Virus record (IMG/VR): IMGVR_UViG_3300030085_004825
Span: 58,392 to 122,391 of that record
Strand: one strand, 5' to 3'
DNA length: 64,000 nucleotides
From: a virus
Of this stretch, positions 28,185 to 37,034 are shown one piece after another. Made by a program: the position numbers and the translations under genes. Each line of letters begins with the position of its first letter. Positions within the stretch are counted from its first letter, which is position 1. Under the pieces are notes generated by a model. It searched no databases. It was not told the DNA's origin and saw only the letters and a program-made list of their open reading frames with translations.

Positions 28185-29174
28185 ATGCCAAAAAAAACAA
28201 ACCTATTAGAAGAAAGAATAGTCTATAAACCTTTTGAATATCCTCAAGCTTTTGACTATTGGATGAAACAACAACAAGCACATTGGTTACACACAGAAGT
28301 CCCAATGATGTCAGATATTAATGATTGGAAACAAAACCTAAACGAAACAGAAAAAAATATAATAGGTTCTATTTTAAAAGGATTTGCACAAACAGAAACT
28401 GTTGTAAATGATTATTGGACAGGGTTAGTAACAAAATGGTTTAGGAAACCCGAAGTTATAGCAATGGCTACTACTTTTGGGGCTATGGAAACAATACATG
28501 CAGAAGCTTATTCATTATTAAATGAAGAATTAGGTTTAGATGATTTTAGTGAGTTTTTAGAAGATGAAACTACAATGGCTAAAATAGAAACATTAATGAA
28601 TGTTAGAGATAGTTTTGATGGTGAAGTAGATTGGCATGAAAGAGCCAAATCATTAGCTATATTTTCAGCATTTACAGAAGGTGTAAATTTATTTTCTTCA
28701 TTTGCTGTTTTACTTTCATTTAAAATGAGAAATAAATTAAAAGGAGTAGGGCAAATTGTAGAATGGAGTATTAGAGATGAATCAATGCACTCAGAAGCTG
28801 GATGTTGGTTATTTAGAACATTATTAGAAGAAAACCCACATTTAAAAACACCTGAATTAGAAGCATCTATTAATGAAGCAGCTTTACTTTCTCTTCAACT
28901 TGAATTAGATTTTATAGAGAAAGTTTATGAATTAGGTGATCTTGAAGGGTGTTCAAAATATGACCTACAAAACTTTATTAAAAATAGAGTAAATACAAAA
29001 TTAGCAGATTTAGGATATAACCCTATCATTTTAGATGTTGATATGACAGCAGTTAAAAATATGAAATGGTTTGATTCATTAAGTGCTGGAAAACAACACA
29101 CAGACTTTTTTGCAAATAGAGTAACAAATTATAGTAAAGGACATTTAGAGTGGGATTCCACTTCAATATTTTAA
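28185..29174 (+). CDS. nrdB: ribonucleotide reductase class I beta subunit
   Basis: ETIHAEAY, EGVNLFSSF, RDESMH and DFFA motifs. Confidence 0.93.
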   Translation: MPKKTNLLEERIVYKPFEYPQAFDYWMKQQQAHWLHTEVPMMSDINDWKQNLNETEKNIIGSILKGFAQTETVVNDYWTGLVTKWFRKPEVIAMATTFGAMETIHAEAYSLLNEELGLDDFSEFLEDETTMAKIETLMNVRDSFDGEVDWHERAKSLAIFSAFTEGVNLFSSFAVLLSFKMRNKLKGVGQIVEWSIRDESMHSEAGCWLFRTLLEENPHLKTPELEASINEAALLSLQLELDFIEKVYELGDLEGCSKYDLQNFIKNRVNTKLADLGYNPIILDVDMTAVKNMKWFDSLSAGKQHTDFFANRVTNYSKGHLEWDSTSIF

Positions 29175-29179
29175 AAGTT

Positions 29180-30889
29180 ATGGATAACAATTTAATTGCA
29201 GATTACACACAATGGGAAAGAGGTAAAGATTACCCTGAGTTTTTAGATGAAGTAGCTTTATCAACAATTTCAAAAGGATATCTCCTTCCAGGTGAAACAC
29301 CTAAAAAAGCATATAGAAGAGTAGCTAATGCAGTAGCAGATAGATTAAATAGACCTGATTTAGCAAATAAATTTTTTAAGTATATTTGGAATGGGTGGAT
29401 TGGTTTAGCTTCACCTGTACTATCTAATACAGGAACTGATAGAGGTTTACCTATTTCATGTTTTGGAATTGATACACCTGACTCAATTAGAGGTATTGGT
29501 TTAACAAATGCTGAATTAATGAGATTAACTTCTTATGGTGGTGGAGTTGGTATTTCTTTATCTAAAATTAGAGGAAGAGGAGAACCTATTAGGGGAAATG
29601 GTAAAAGTGAAGGTGTAGTGCCTTGGGCTAAAATTTATGATTCAACTATTATAGCAACCAATCAAGGATCTGTAAGAAGAGGAGCAGCATCTGTTAATCT
29701 AAACATCAACCACCCAGACATAAAAGAATTTTTGCAAATTCGTAGACCTAAAGGTGACCCAAATAGACAATGTTTAAATTTACATCAATGTATAATTGTC
29801 GATGATGCTTTTATGAGACGATTAAATGATCGAGATCAAGAAGCAATGGATTTATGGTTAGAAATTTTAAAATCACGAGTTGAAACAGGTGAACCATATA
29901 TTATGTTTGAAGATAATGTTAATAAAGATAACCCTATGGCATATTTAATGAATAACCTAAATGTGTCTATGACTAATATTTGCTCTGAAATAACACTACA
30001 TACAGATGAAGAACATTCATTTATATGTTGTTTATCTTCATTAAATTTAGCAAAGTATGATGAATGGAAAGACACAGATGTAGTTGAAACTGCTATTTAT
30101 TTCTTAGATGGTGTAATGCAAGAATTTATAGATAAAACTAGTGGTCAAGAATCTATGAAACGTACTCATAGGCATGCTTCAAAAGGTAGAGCATTAGGAT
30201 TAGGAGTAATGGGTTGGCATACATTTTTACAAAAGAAAAATTTACCATTTAACTCTATTGCTTCCACAGCTTGGACACATACCATTTTTAGTAATATAAA
30301 ACTTAAAGCAGAAGCAGCAAGTAGACAATTAGCCCAAGAATATGGTGAACCTTTATGGTGTAGAGGAACAGGTATGAGAAACACTCATTTACTTGCAATT
30401 GCCCCTACCGTTTCAAATTCTAGAATTAGTAATTGTTCAGCTGGTATTGAACCTTACCCTGCTAATATGTACACATTTAACGGAGCTAAAGGTACATTTA
30501 TTGTTAAAAACCCAGATCTACAGAATATTCTAAAAGAAAAAGGATATGATACAGATAAAGTATGGGACCAAATTTTAGCTGATGATGGATCTGTTCAAAA
30601 TTTACCAAGTGAGGTATTAAGTGAAGATGATAAAGAAGTATTTTTAACTTTTGCAGAAATTAATCAATTAGGTTTAGTTCAACAAGCCGCTATTAGACAA
30701 AAATATATAGACCAAACTCAATCTCTTAATTTATGTTTTTCACCTACTGATTCACCAAGGTGGATAAACCAAGTTCATATAGAAGCATGGAAACTAGGAG
30801 TAAAAACTCTTTATTACTTAAGAACAGACTCAGTAATTAAAGGAGATCTAGGTTCCCGTACAGTAGATTGTATAAGTTGTGATGGGTGA
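29180..30889 (+). CDS. nrdA: ribonucleotide reductase class I alpha subunit (short, no evident ATP cone)
   Basis: PISCF, RRGA, TNICSEI, CCLSS, APT and C-terminal CISC motifs; start moved to ATG 29180. Confidence 0.93.
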   Translation: MDNNLIADYTQWERGKDYPEFLDEVALSTISKGYLLPGETPKKAYRRVANAVADRLNRPDLANKFFKYIWNGWIGLASPVLSNTGTDRGLPISCFGIDTPDSIRGIGLTNAELMRLTSYGGGVGISLSKIRGRGEPIRGNGKSEGVVPWAKIYDSTIIATNQGSVRRGAASVNLNINHPDIKEFLQIRRPKGDPNRQCLNLHQCIIVDDAFMRRLNDRDQEAMDLWLEILKSRVETGEPYIMFEDNVNKDNPMAYLMNNLNVSMTNICSEITLHTDEEHSFICCLSSLNLAKYDEWKDTDVVETAIYFLDGVMQEFIDKTSGQESMKRTHRHASKGRALGLGVMGWHTFLQKKNLPFNSIASTAWTHTIFSNIKLKAEAASRQLAQEYGEPLWCRGTGMRNTHLLAIAPTVSNSRISNCSAGIEPYPANMYTFNGAKGTFIVKNPDLQNILKEKGYDTDKVWDQILADDGSVQNLPSEVLSEDDKEVFLTFAEINQLGLVQQAAIRQKYIDQTQSLNLCFSPTDSPRWINQVHIEAWKLGVKTLYYLRTDSVIKGDLGSRTVDCISCDG

Positions 30890-30891
30890 TA

Positions 30892-30899
30892 TATGTATA
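30892..30899 (+). promoter_or_regulatory. putative late promoter variant TATGTATA
   Basis: Upstream of 30916. Confidence 0.4.
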
Positions 30900-30915
30900 A
30901 TTAAAAATAATAAGT

Positions 30916-31200
30916 ATGGAAAATGTAAAAATTGCTTTATTAATAGTTTTATCATATATTAAAAAAGCTTTTAAATGGGTTGGAAGAAAAATTAAAAGTT
31001 TCTTTGTATGGGTATTTAGTAAAACAACTATTGACGAAAAAGTTATAGAAGTTGCAGAAGAAATATCTGATCGAGCAAAAGTTGTAAAAGAAGAATTAAA
31101 AGATGTAAAAAAGGCTCTTGGTAATGTTGTAGACCAAACAAAAGATGTAGCAGGAGCAGTAAAAGGTAAAAAAAGAAGAGGCAGACCTAAAAAATCCTAA
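30916..31200 (+). CDS. small amphipathic/coiled-coil protein with C-terminal RGRP motif
   Basis: Hydrophobic/basic N-terminus, coiled coil, KKRRGRPKKS. Confidence 0.5.
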   Translation: MENVKIALLIVLSYIKKAFKWVGRKIKSFFVWVFSKTTIDEKVIEVAEEISDRAKVVKEELKDVKKALGNVVDQTKDVAGAVKGKKRRGRPKKS

Positions 31201-31221
31201 TAAACTTAAATATTTTTATTC

Positions 31222-31249
31222 AAAAGGTGTACATTTGTATACCTTTTTT
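31222..31249 (+). terminator. intrinsic terminator-like hairpin
   Basis: AAAAGGTGTACA-ttt-GTATACCTTTTT. Confidence 0.6.
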
Positions 31250-31250
31250 A

Positions 31251-31258
31251 TATTTATA
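31251..31258 (+). promoter_or_regulatory. putative late promoter TATTTATA
   Basis: Heads the 31291-36977 operon. Confidence 0.55.
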
Positions 31259-31290
31259 CTCAACACACGTTTTATTTTAAATAGTTTTTT

Positions 31291-31560
31291 ATGAAAATTT
31301 ACAAATATATAAAAAGTAGAATTATGGCTTTTAAAGACATGTTTAAAGACAATAATGATGTAAATGAAAAAAACGTAATAGGATTTTTATCATTTGCAGT
31401 AATGGTATTATTTGCTCTTGCTGATTTAATAACAGGATATTTAGGTAAAGATTTAGTAGTTCAAGAATTTATTTATAATTCTTTTCTAGTAATTACTTTA
31501 GGATGTTTTGGGATAGCAGGAATTGAAAAAATATTTTCTAAAAAAGATAACGAAGAATAA
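31291..31560 (+). CDS. two-TM membrane protein, holin-like (alternative start 31324)
   Basis: Two hydrophobic helices and a charged C-terminus; same operon as the endolysin. Confidence 0.45.
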   Translation: MKIYKYIKSRIMAFKDMFKDNNDVNEKNVIGFLSFAVMVLFALADLITGYLGKDLVVQEFIYNSFLVITLGCFGIAGIEKIFSKKDNEE

Positions 31561-31562
31561 AT

Positions 31563-34361
31563 ATGAAAAAGTTTTTATTATTATTATTGTGTTTAACTAC
31601 ATTTTTTAGTTTTTCACAAGAAGTAGCACCAGTTACTTTTAGATTAGATTTAAATGAGGTTATAGATAATGTACCTAATTACGGAGAAGCTCAAGTATTT
31701 ATACAAACTAATGTTGCTAATTGGGTTGATATACCAATGGAAGATATAGGTGGAAATGGCATATATAGAAAAAATATTAATATAACCCACCCAGAAGATG
31801 AAAATATAGATGTATTTTATAGATTTAAAGTAACATCTTTTGGAACTAATGGTTTACCCTATACTTTATGGGAAGGAGGAGTAAATTCAGACCCAACCTG
31901 TCTTTTTGATCCTAGTACTCAAGGTTTAGCCGGGGGAGATATAAGGAAAGTAGTAGTACCACAAGAACTAATTGATAATGGTACCTATGTTAACCCAACT
32001 GGAGAATTTAAATTAACGCATTGTTTTAATGTATGTGGTAATGCATCATGCCCACCAGAACCTTGTATAAATGGTTTAACTTCAACTAATGCTTATCAAC
32101 AATGCATTAATGGAGGATCCCAAGCTCTTATAGTTTTTGAATGGCAAACTGAATGTGAAATACAATCTGTTGAATATACTAATGCTGAAGGAGTAGGCCC
32201 ATTTACATACCCAGTTAACCCTGATGCTTTAAATTTTGGAGTATATGCAGGAACACCGAATATGCCACCAAATTGGTCTGTAGAACACCAATTAACAGTT
32301 AATTTTGCTGATGGAACCCAATCTGCTCCTATTTTTTATACCCCACAACCATGCATCCCAGGTTGTACTGATCCTAATTCAGTATCATATAATCCATGGG
32401 CTAATCAAGATGATGGTACATGTTTAAATGCCGGTGGGGGAGAAAATTGTGACCCAGGAGATTATGAAATAACAATATCGGTAACTTTAGATAATTGGCC
32501 AGGAGAAACATCATGGACATTAGTGTCGTTGTCTGATGGAGGAATTCCTATACAAATGCCACAAGGAGAATATGATTATTCAGATGTAGGTCAAACATAT
32601 GATTATACAGTTTGTATTGATGGTCAAGGAGTTGAACTCATTATAAATGATTCATATGGTGATGGATTAGTAGGTGGTAATACTCCTGGAAATGTTGTTA
32701 TAACAGACTGTGATGGTAATATTTTATGGACTTTAACTGATGTTGCACCAAATCTTGATTTTGACTATGTAGCATATTCAGGACCTGTATTTGGAAATGC
32801 GTGCAGTGGAATAACACCTGTTCTAGGATGCACAAACCCAGCATATCAAGAGTATGACCCTACAGCAACAATAGATGATGGTAGTTGTGCAAATTTACAT
32901 GTATATGGATGTATAGATACTACGGCTTATAATTACAATCCTAATGCTACTATGCAAGAAATAATTCCTACTTGCGATTATGAGTTGTGGATTGGAGATG
33001 CCGCTGCTGATGGTTGGGGTAATTCATACATTGGTATAACCCAAGGAACAAACCAATGGACATTTACAATGGGGCCAGGTTCTTACAGTCAAACATTCCC
33101 TTTAACATTAGACACAGATAAACCTGTCGAAGTTTATTATTTTGAAATAGCGGCTCCACAACAACAAGCACAAGAAGTTGAATTTCAAACATGGCAAAAT
33201 TCATTTAAACTAACTAACGCAGATGGAGTAGTATTAATGCATGAAGGTTCTAATCCTTTTGCAAATAATGGACTAGGAGCTCTACAGCCATTTGAAGGTC
33301 CATTTTATGAAAAATATCAAGCAATACCTTTTTGTGGTGATTTATGTGTTCCTGTCATACTTGGATGTACTGATTCAACATCACTAAATTACAACCCAAA
33401 CGCAAACACAGATGATGGTTCTTGTATTCCAATTATATATGGTTGTACTAATGAATTAGCATTTAATTACAACCCTGATGCTACAGTAGATGATGGTAGT
33501 TGTATACCAACTATTTATGGATGCACCGACCCATCTTCTTGGAATTACAACCCAGATGCAAATGTTGATGATGGTTCATGTATATATTTTGGTTGTACTG
33601 ACTCTACAGCTTTAAATTATAATCCTGCTGCAAATGTAGATAATGGAACTTGTATATACCCAATATATGGCTGCACAGATCCTGAAGCATTTAATTACAA
33701 CCCTGAAGCAAATGTTGATGATGGTTCATGTATACCTGTAATTTATGGTTGTATGGATCCTACAATGTTTAATTTTAACCCTATAGCAAACACTGATAAT
33801 GGTTCATGTATACCTGTAATATTTGGTTGTACTGACTCTACAGCTTTAAATTATGACCCAATGGCTAATACAGATAATGGAACTTGTATATTACCACTTA
33901 CAGGGTGTACAGACCCAAATGCTTATAATTACGACCCAACAGCAAATGTACCAGATTCAACAGCATGTTTATATGATGCAGGTTGTATTGGGGGGCCTGG
34001 TGAACCTTATTGGTTAAATAATCCATGTTTTGCTTGGGTAATAGATGTTGATATTTATTGTTGTGAAGTAGAATGGGATGCTTCATGTCAATCAATGTAT
34101 AATTACTGTGTTGATGGTTGGCCTGTAGGAATAGATGAAATGGATATAAATGGAATTATAGTTTACCCAAACCCAACAGATAATATTTTAAACATTGAAA
34201 CTCATTTATCATTTAAATATGAATTAAGAGATGCAATGGGTAAATTAGTATTAACAGGAGAAGATAAACGTTTAGAATTAGGAAAATATGATGATGGAGT
34301 TTATTTTTTAACTATAATTCATAACGAGAAAAAATTTAATAAAAGAATCATAAAACAATGA
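31563..34361 (+). CDS. secreted Cys-repeat adhesin-like protein with T9SS type-A C-terminal sorting domain
   Basis: Signal peptide MKKFLLLLLCLTTFFSFS-Q; CBM20/48-like VTFRLD...MED.GGNGIY domain; 11 GCTD-type repeats; CTD VYPNPT..ILNI...DAMGKLV...GVYFL.....KRIIKQ. Confidence 0.88.
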   Translation: MKKFLLLLLCLTTFFSFSQEVAPVTFRLDLNEVIDNVPNYGEAQVFIQTNVANWVDIPMEDIGGNGIYRKNINITHPEDENIDVFYRFKVTSFGTNGLPYTLWEGGVNSDPTCLFDPSTQGLAGGDIRKVVVPQELIDNGTYVNPTGEFKLTHCFNVCGNASCPPEPCINGLTSTNAYQQCINGGSQALIVFEWQTECEIQSVEYTNAEGVGPFTYPVNPDALNFGVYAGTPNMPPNWSVEHQLTVNFADGTQSAPIFYTPQPCIPGCTDPNSVSYNPWANQDDGTCLNAGGGENCDPGDYEITISVTLDNWPGETSWTLVSLSDGGIPIQMPQGEYDYSDVGQTYDYTVCIDGQGVELIINDSYGDGLVGGNTPGNVVITDCDGNILWTLTDVAPNLDFDYVAYSGPVFGNACSGITPVLGCTNPAYQEYDPTATIDDGSCANLHVYGCIDTTAYNYNPNATMQEIIPTCDYELWIGDAAADGWGNSYIGITQGTNQWTFTMGPGSYSQTFPLTLDTDKPVEVYYFEIAAPQQQAQEVEFQTWQNSFKLTNADGVVLMHEGSNPFANNGLGALQPFEGPFYEKYQAIPFCGDLCVPVILGCTDSTSLNYNPNANTDDGSCIPIIYGCTNELAFNYNPDATVDDGSCIPTIYGCTDPSSWNYNPDANVDDGSCIYFGCTDSTALNYNPAANVDNGTCIYPIYGCTDPEAFNYNPEANVDDGSCIPVIYGCMDPTMFNFNPIANTDNGSCIPVIFGCTDSTALNYDPMANTDNGTCILPLTGCTDPNAYNYDPTANVPDSTACLYDAGCIGGPGEPYWLNNPCFAWVIDVDIYCCEVEWDASCQSMYNYCVDGWPVGIDEMDINGIIVYPNPTDNILNIETHLSFKYELRDAMGKLVLTGEDKRLELGKYDDGVYFLTIIHNEKKFNKRIIKQ
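33363..33968 (+). repeat. 8 tandem ~26-aa GCTDxxAxNYNPxANxDDGSC repeats
   Basis: Visible in the protein and partly in the DNA (tttggttgtactgactctacagctttaaattat occurs twice). Confidence 0.9.
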
Positions 34362-35419
34362 AAAAACTTTTAATTTTATTTCTATTATTACCTGTAATTA
34401 CATTTAGTCAAACAGAATCTAAATTTAAAAAAACAGTTAAAAAGATTTTTAAGTATTCTACTTTTTATGGTGCTGTTACTGGTGGTAATTCTATATCTGA
34501 TGTTAATGTTTATTCTGTAACAAATGGTTTAGAAACTTCAATTGTTAAAACCCCTTTTGATTATTCAATTGCATTAGGAGTTAGAAAAATAGCTAGATTT
34601 GGTTATGAAAATAGAGCTAATGTATTTTTTGATGGAACAGAAAAAACATATGGTGATGCTGCTACAATTGGTAAGATAAATGGATTTGAATATTTATTTG
34701 AAGCAGATTGGACAAGACAACAAGGTACATCATTTTTAAATCAAGACTATTTTTTAAGATATGTAGCAAAAAATTGGATTGCTAAAGCAGAATATTTAGA
34801 AGATGGATTTGCTGACATTAGATACTTTGAATCCTCAGAAAGATATAGACAAAAAATAGGAAATAAACTATCTTTTAATATAGGTGCAGTACAGCGTATA
34901 GCAGAACCTTATGGTTATAATCCATTAGATCAATGGTTATTATCAAATGGTAGTTTGCATTACACTGACTTAGCACTACAAGAAGGGTATTCTATTGAAT
35001 TTGATGGTAATGGAGGTGTAAATTATTTTAACCCTAATGGAGAATTAGTAGCAGAAAACACCCAAGTATGGGAAGCAGTAACTATACCAGAAGTATTAGC
35101 TGAATACACAGAAAGAGAAAGAAAAGCATTAAAATATCAATGGAATCATTCATTAGTAATAGGTTTTGATTTTTATCACTATACTAAAGATTTTTGGGTG
35201 CATTCATGGGGTAATGTAATGCCTTTACATTTAGAAACTAAAAGTGATTACTCATACCATAAATTTAATGGTGGGCAATGGATAGATTACTCAGGTGGTT
35301 TAATATTTGGATATAAAATTACTAAAAATTTAGGAGTATTTTTAGAAGGTAAATATAACAAATATTGGAATAGAAAATGGCACGATTTTAGTGTTGGAGT
35401 AAATTATATAATTTTATAA
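34358..35419 (+). CDS. putative outer-membrane beta-barrel protein
   Basis: Signal peptide ending FS-Q; aromatic-rich alternating strands; C-terminal strand FSVGVNY. Confidence 0.6.
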   Translation: MKKLLILFLLLPVITFSQTESKFKKTVKKIFKYSTFYGAVTGGNSISDVNVYSVTNGLETSIVKTPFDYSIALGVRKIARFGYENRANVFFDGTEKTYGDAATIGKINGFEYLFEADWTRQQGTSFLNQDYFLRYVAKNWIAKAEYLEDGFADIRYFESSERYRQKIGNKLSFNIGAVQRIAEPYGYNPLDQWLLSNGSLHYTDLALQEGYSIEFDGNGGVNYFNPNGELVAENTQVWEAVTIPEVLAEYTERERKALKYQWNHSLVIGFDFYHYTKDFWVHSWGNVMPLHLETKSDYSYHKFNGGQWIDYSGGLIFGYKITKNLGVFLEGKYNKYWNRKWHDFSVGVNYIIL

Positions 35420-35420
35420 A

Positions 35421-35705
35421 ATGGCAAAAGAATTAAACGAAGACACAGGTTTTAAAGTAAGTATAAAAACTTTAATAGGTATTGCATTTGCAATAGCAAC
35501 AGTAGTAGCAATGTGGTATGCGTTACAAGCTGATATACAAGAAGCAAAAGAATTACCCAAACCCCCTGAACCAGAAGTAACTAGAATGGAATTTGACATG
35601 AAAGATCAAATAGTTAGACAAACTATTATGACAACTCAAGAAGATGTCAAAGAACTTAAAGAAGATATGGATCGCATAGAAGAAAAAATTGATAACCTAA
35701 AGTAA
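35421..35705 (+). CDS. single-TM protein with C-terminal coiled coil
   Basis: TM LIGIAFAIATVVAMWY, Pro-rich linker, heptad tail. Confidence 0.55.
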   Translation: MAKELNEDTGFKVSIKTLIGIAFAIATVVAMWYALQADIQEAKELPKPPEPEVTRMEFDMKDQIVRQTIMTTQEDVKELKEDMDRIEEKIDNLK

Positions 35706-35711
35706 ATTATT

Positions 35712-36041
35712 ATGAAAAAGGTATTTTTGCTATTATTTAGCATATTTTTTACAATAAGTTGTTATACTCAGATTACTATTAAACATTTTAATGCTTCATG
35801 GAATGCTACAAATAATGTTACATGGCTTAAAAGCTTAACTGATTGTAGTGTAAAATACTATGACATAACTAAATCTCCTGAACTACAGAAAAAATATAAA
35901 GTAGTTGTTGTTCCAACTATTATAGTATTTCAAGATGGAGAAGAAATAGAGAGATATCAAGCAGATATCTCTTTTAAAATGCCCGCTACAAAAGATGAAG
36001 TACAAGAAGCTATTGATGAAGCTATAATGGGTGGATTTTAA
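35712..36041 (+). CDS. exported thioredoxin-fold protein lacking CxxC
   Basis: Signal peptide; HFNASWN in place of F.A.WCxxC; KYKV..VPTIIVFQDGEE cis-Pro motif. Confidence 0.7.
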   Translation: MKKVFLLLFSIFFTISCYTQITIKHFNASWNATNNVTWLKSLTDCSVKYYDITKSPELQKKYKVVVVPTIIVFQDGEEIERYQADISFKMPATKDEVQEAIDEAIMGGF

Positions 36042-36059
36042 AATTTATAAATATAAAAT

Positions 36060-36977
36060 ATGTTACTAAAAAAAGGATCAAAAGGTAAAGAAGTAAAAGA
36101 ACTTCAAAAAGCTCTAGAAATAGGAGCAGATGGTATATTTGGCTCTGGAACAGAATCAGCAGTTAAAAAATTCCAAAAAGATAATGGATTAATAGCTGAT
36201 GGAATAGTAGGCCCTGCTACCTGGGAAGCTATAGGAATAGATACAGATACAGATACTACAGCTGAAGAAACAGAGTATACAACTAAAGACGGTTTAATAA
36301 TTGAACGTCAATATTTAGATAAAAATGAGTATGTAAGAGATTATGGTAAAATAGAACCACTAGGTTTTTTCCTTCACCATACTGCTGGTTGGGATAACCC
36401 ATTCGCATGTGTAAATAGTTGGAATAAAGATAAAAGAGGTAGAGTTGCTACTCAATATGTTATAGGAGGAACTAATGTAAAAGGTAAAGAAGCTAAGTAT
36501 GATGGTGTAGTAGTAGAATGTTTCCCAAATAATTATCTAGGATGGCACTTAGGAAAAGTAGGAAATTTTAAAATATCAAAATTATCAGGTGGCGTAGAAC
36601 TTAATAATTTTGGTTACTTAACTAAAAAAGGAGATAAATATTATACTTATGTTAATACAGAAGTTAAACCTGAATTTGTTTGTGACTTAGGATATAAATT
36701 TAGAGGACACCAATACTGGCACGCATACTCAGATAAACAAATTGAATCACTTCGATTATTAATTTTACACTTAAAAGATATTTATCCAAAAATGGATTTA
36801 GAAAATGGACTTCCAAAATTATTAAAAGAAGGAGTTCATCCAAAAGATGCGTTTGAATTTAATTTAGATGCTTATAATGCAAAACAATTTGGTTTATGGA
36901 CACACACAAATGTTCGTAAAGATAAATTTGATTGCTTCCCTCAACATGAATTAGTTGAGATGCTTAAAGGTTTGTAA
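36060..36977 (+). CDS. endolysin: peptidoglycan-binding domain plus amidase_2-like domain
   Basis: LKKGSKG..V.ELQ...DGIFG..T..AV..FQ...GL.ADGIVGPATW binding domain; LHHTAG, H, RKDKFDC amidase motifs. Confidence 0.85.
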   Translation: MLLKKGSKGKEVKELQKALEIGADGIFGSGTESAVKKFQKDNGLIADGIVGPATWEAIGIDTDTDTTAEETEYTTKDGLIIERQYLDKNEYVRDYGKIEPLGFFLHHTAGWDNPFACVNSWNKDKRGRVATQYVIGGTNVKGKEAKYDGVVVECFPNNYLGWHLGKVGNFKISKLSGGVELNNFGYLTKKGDKYYTYVNTEVKPEFVCDLGYKFRGHQYWHAYSDKQIESLRLLILHLKDIYPKMDLENGLPKLLKEGVHPKDAFEFNLDAYNAKQFGLWTHTNVRKDKFDCFPQHELVEMLKGL

Positions 36978-36998
36978 AATTACATTTTTTAAAAATAC

Positions 36999-37027
36999 TT
37001 GGAGTCCCAAAAGGGACTCCTTATTTT
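36999..37027 (+). promoter_or_regulatory. putative promoter TTGG-N19-TATTTT containing a perfect inverted repeat (also a possible terminator)
   Basis: GGAGTCCC-aaaa-GGGACTCC at 37001-37020. Confidence 0.5.
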
Positions 37028-37034
37028 ACATGCT

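Noticed and set aside
33363-33968. Periodic ~78-nt repeats as a possible CRISPR array or DGR template
   Set aside because: The repeats are degenerate at synonymous positions and encode in-frame protein repeats; there are no unique spacers, cas operon or reverse transcriptase in the window.
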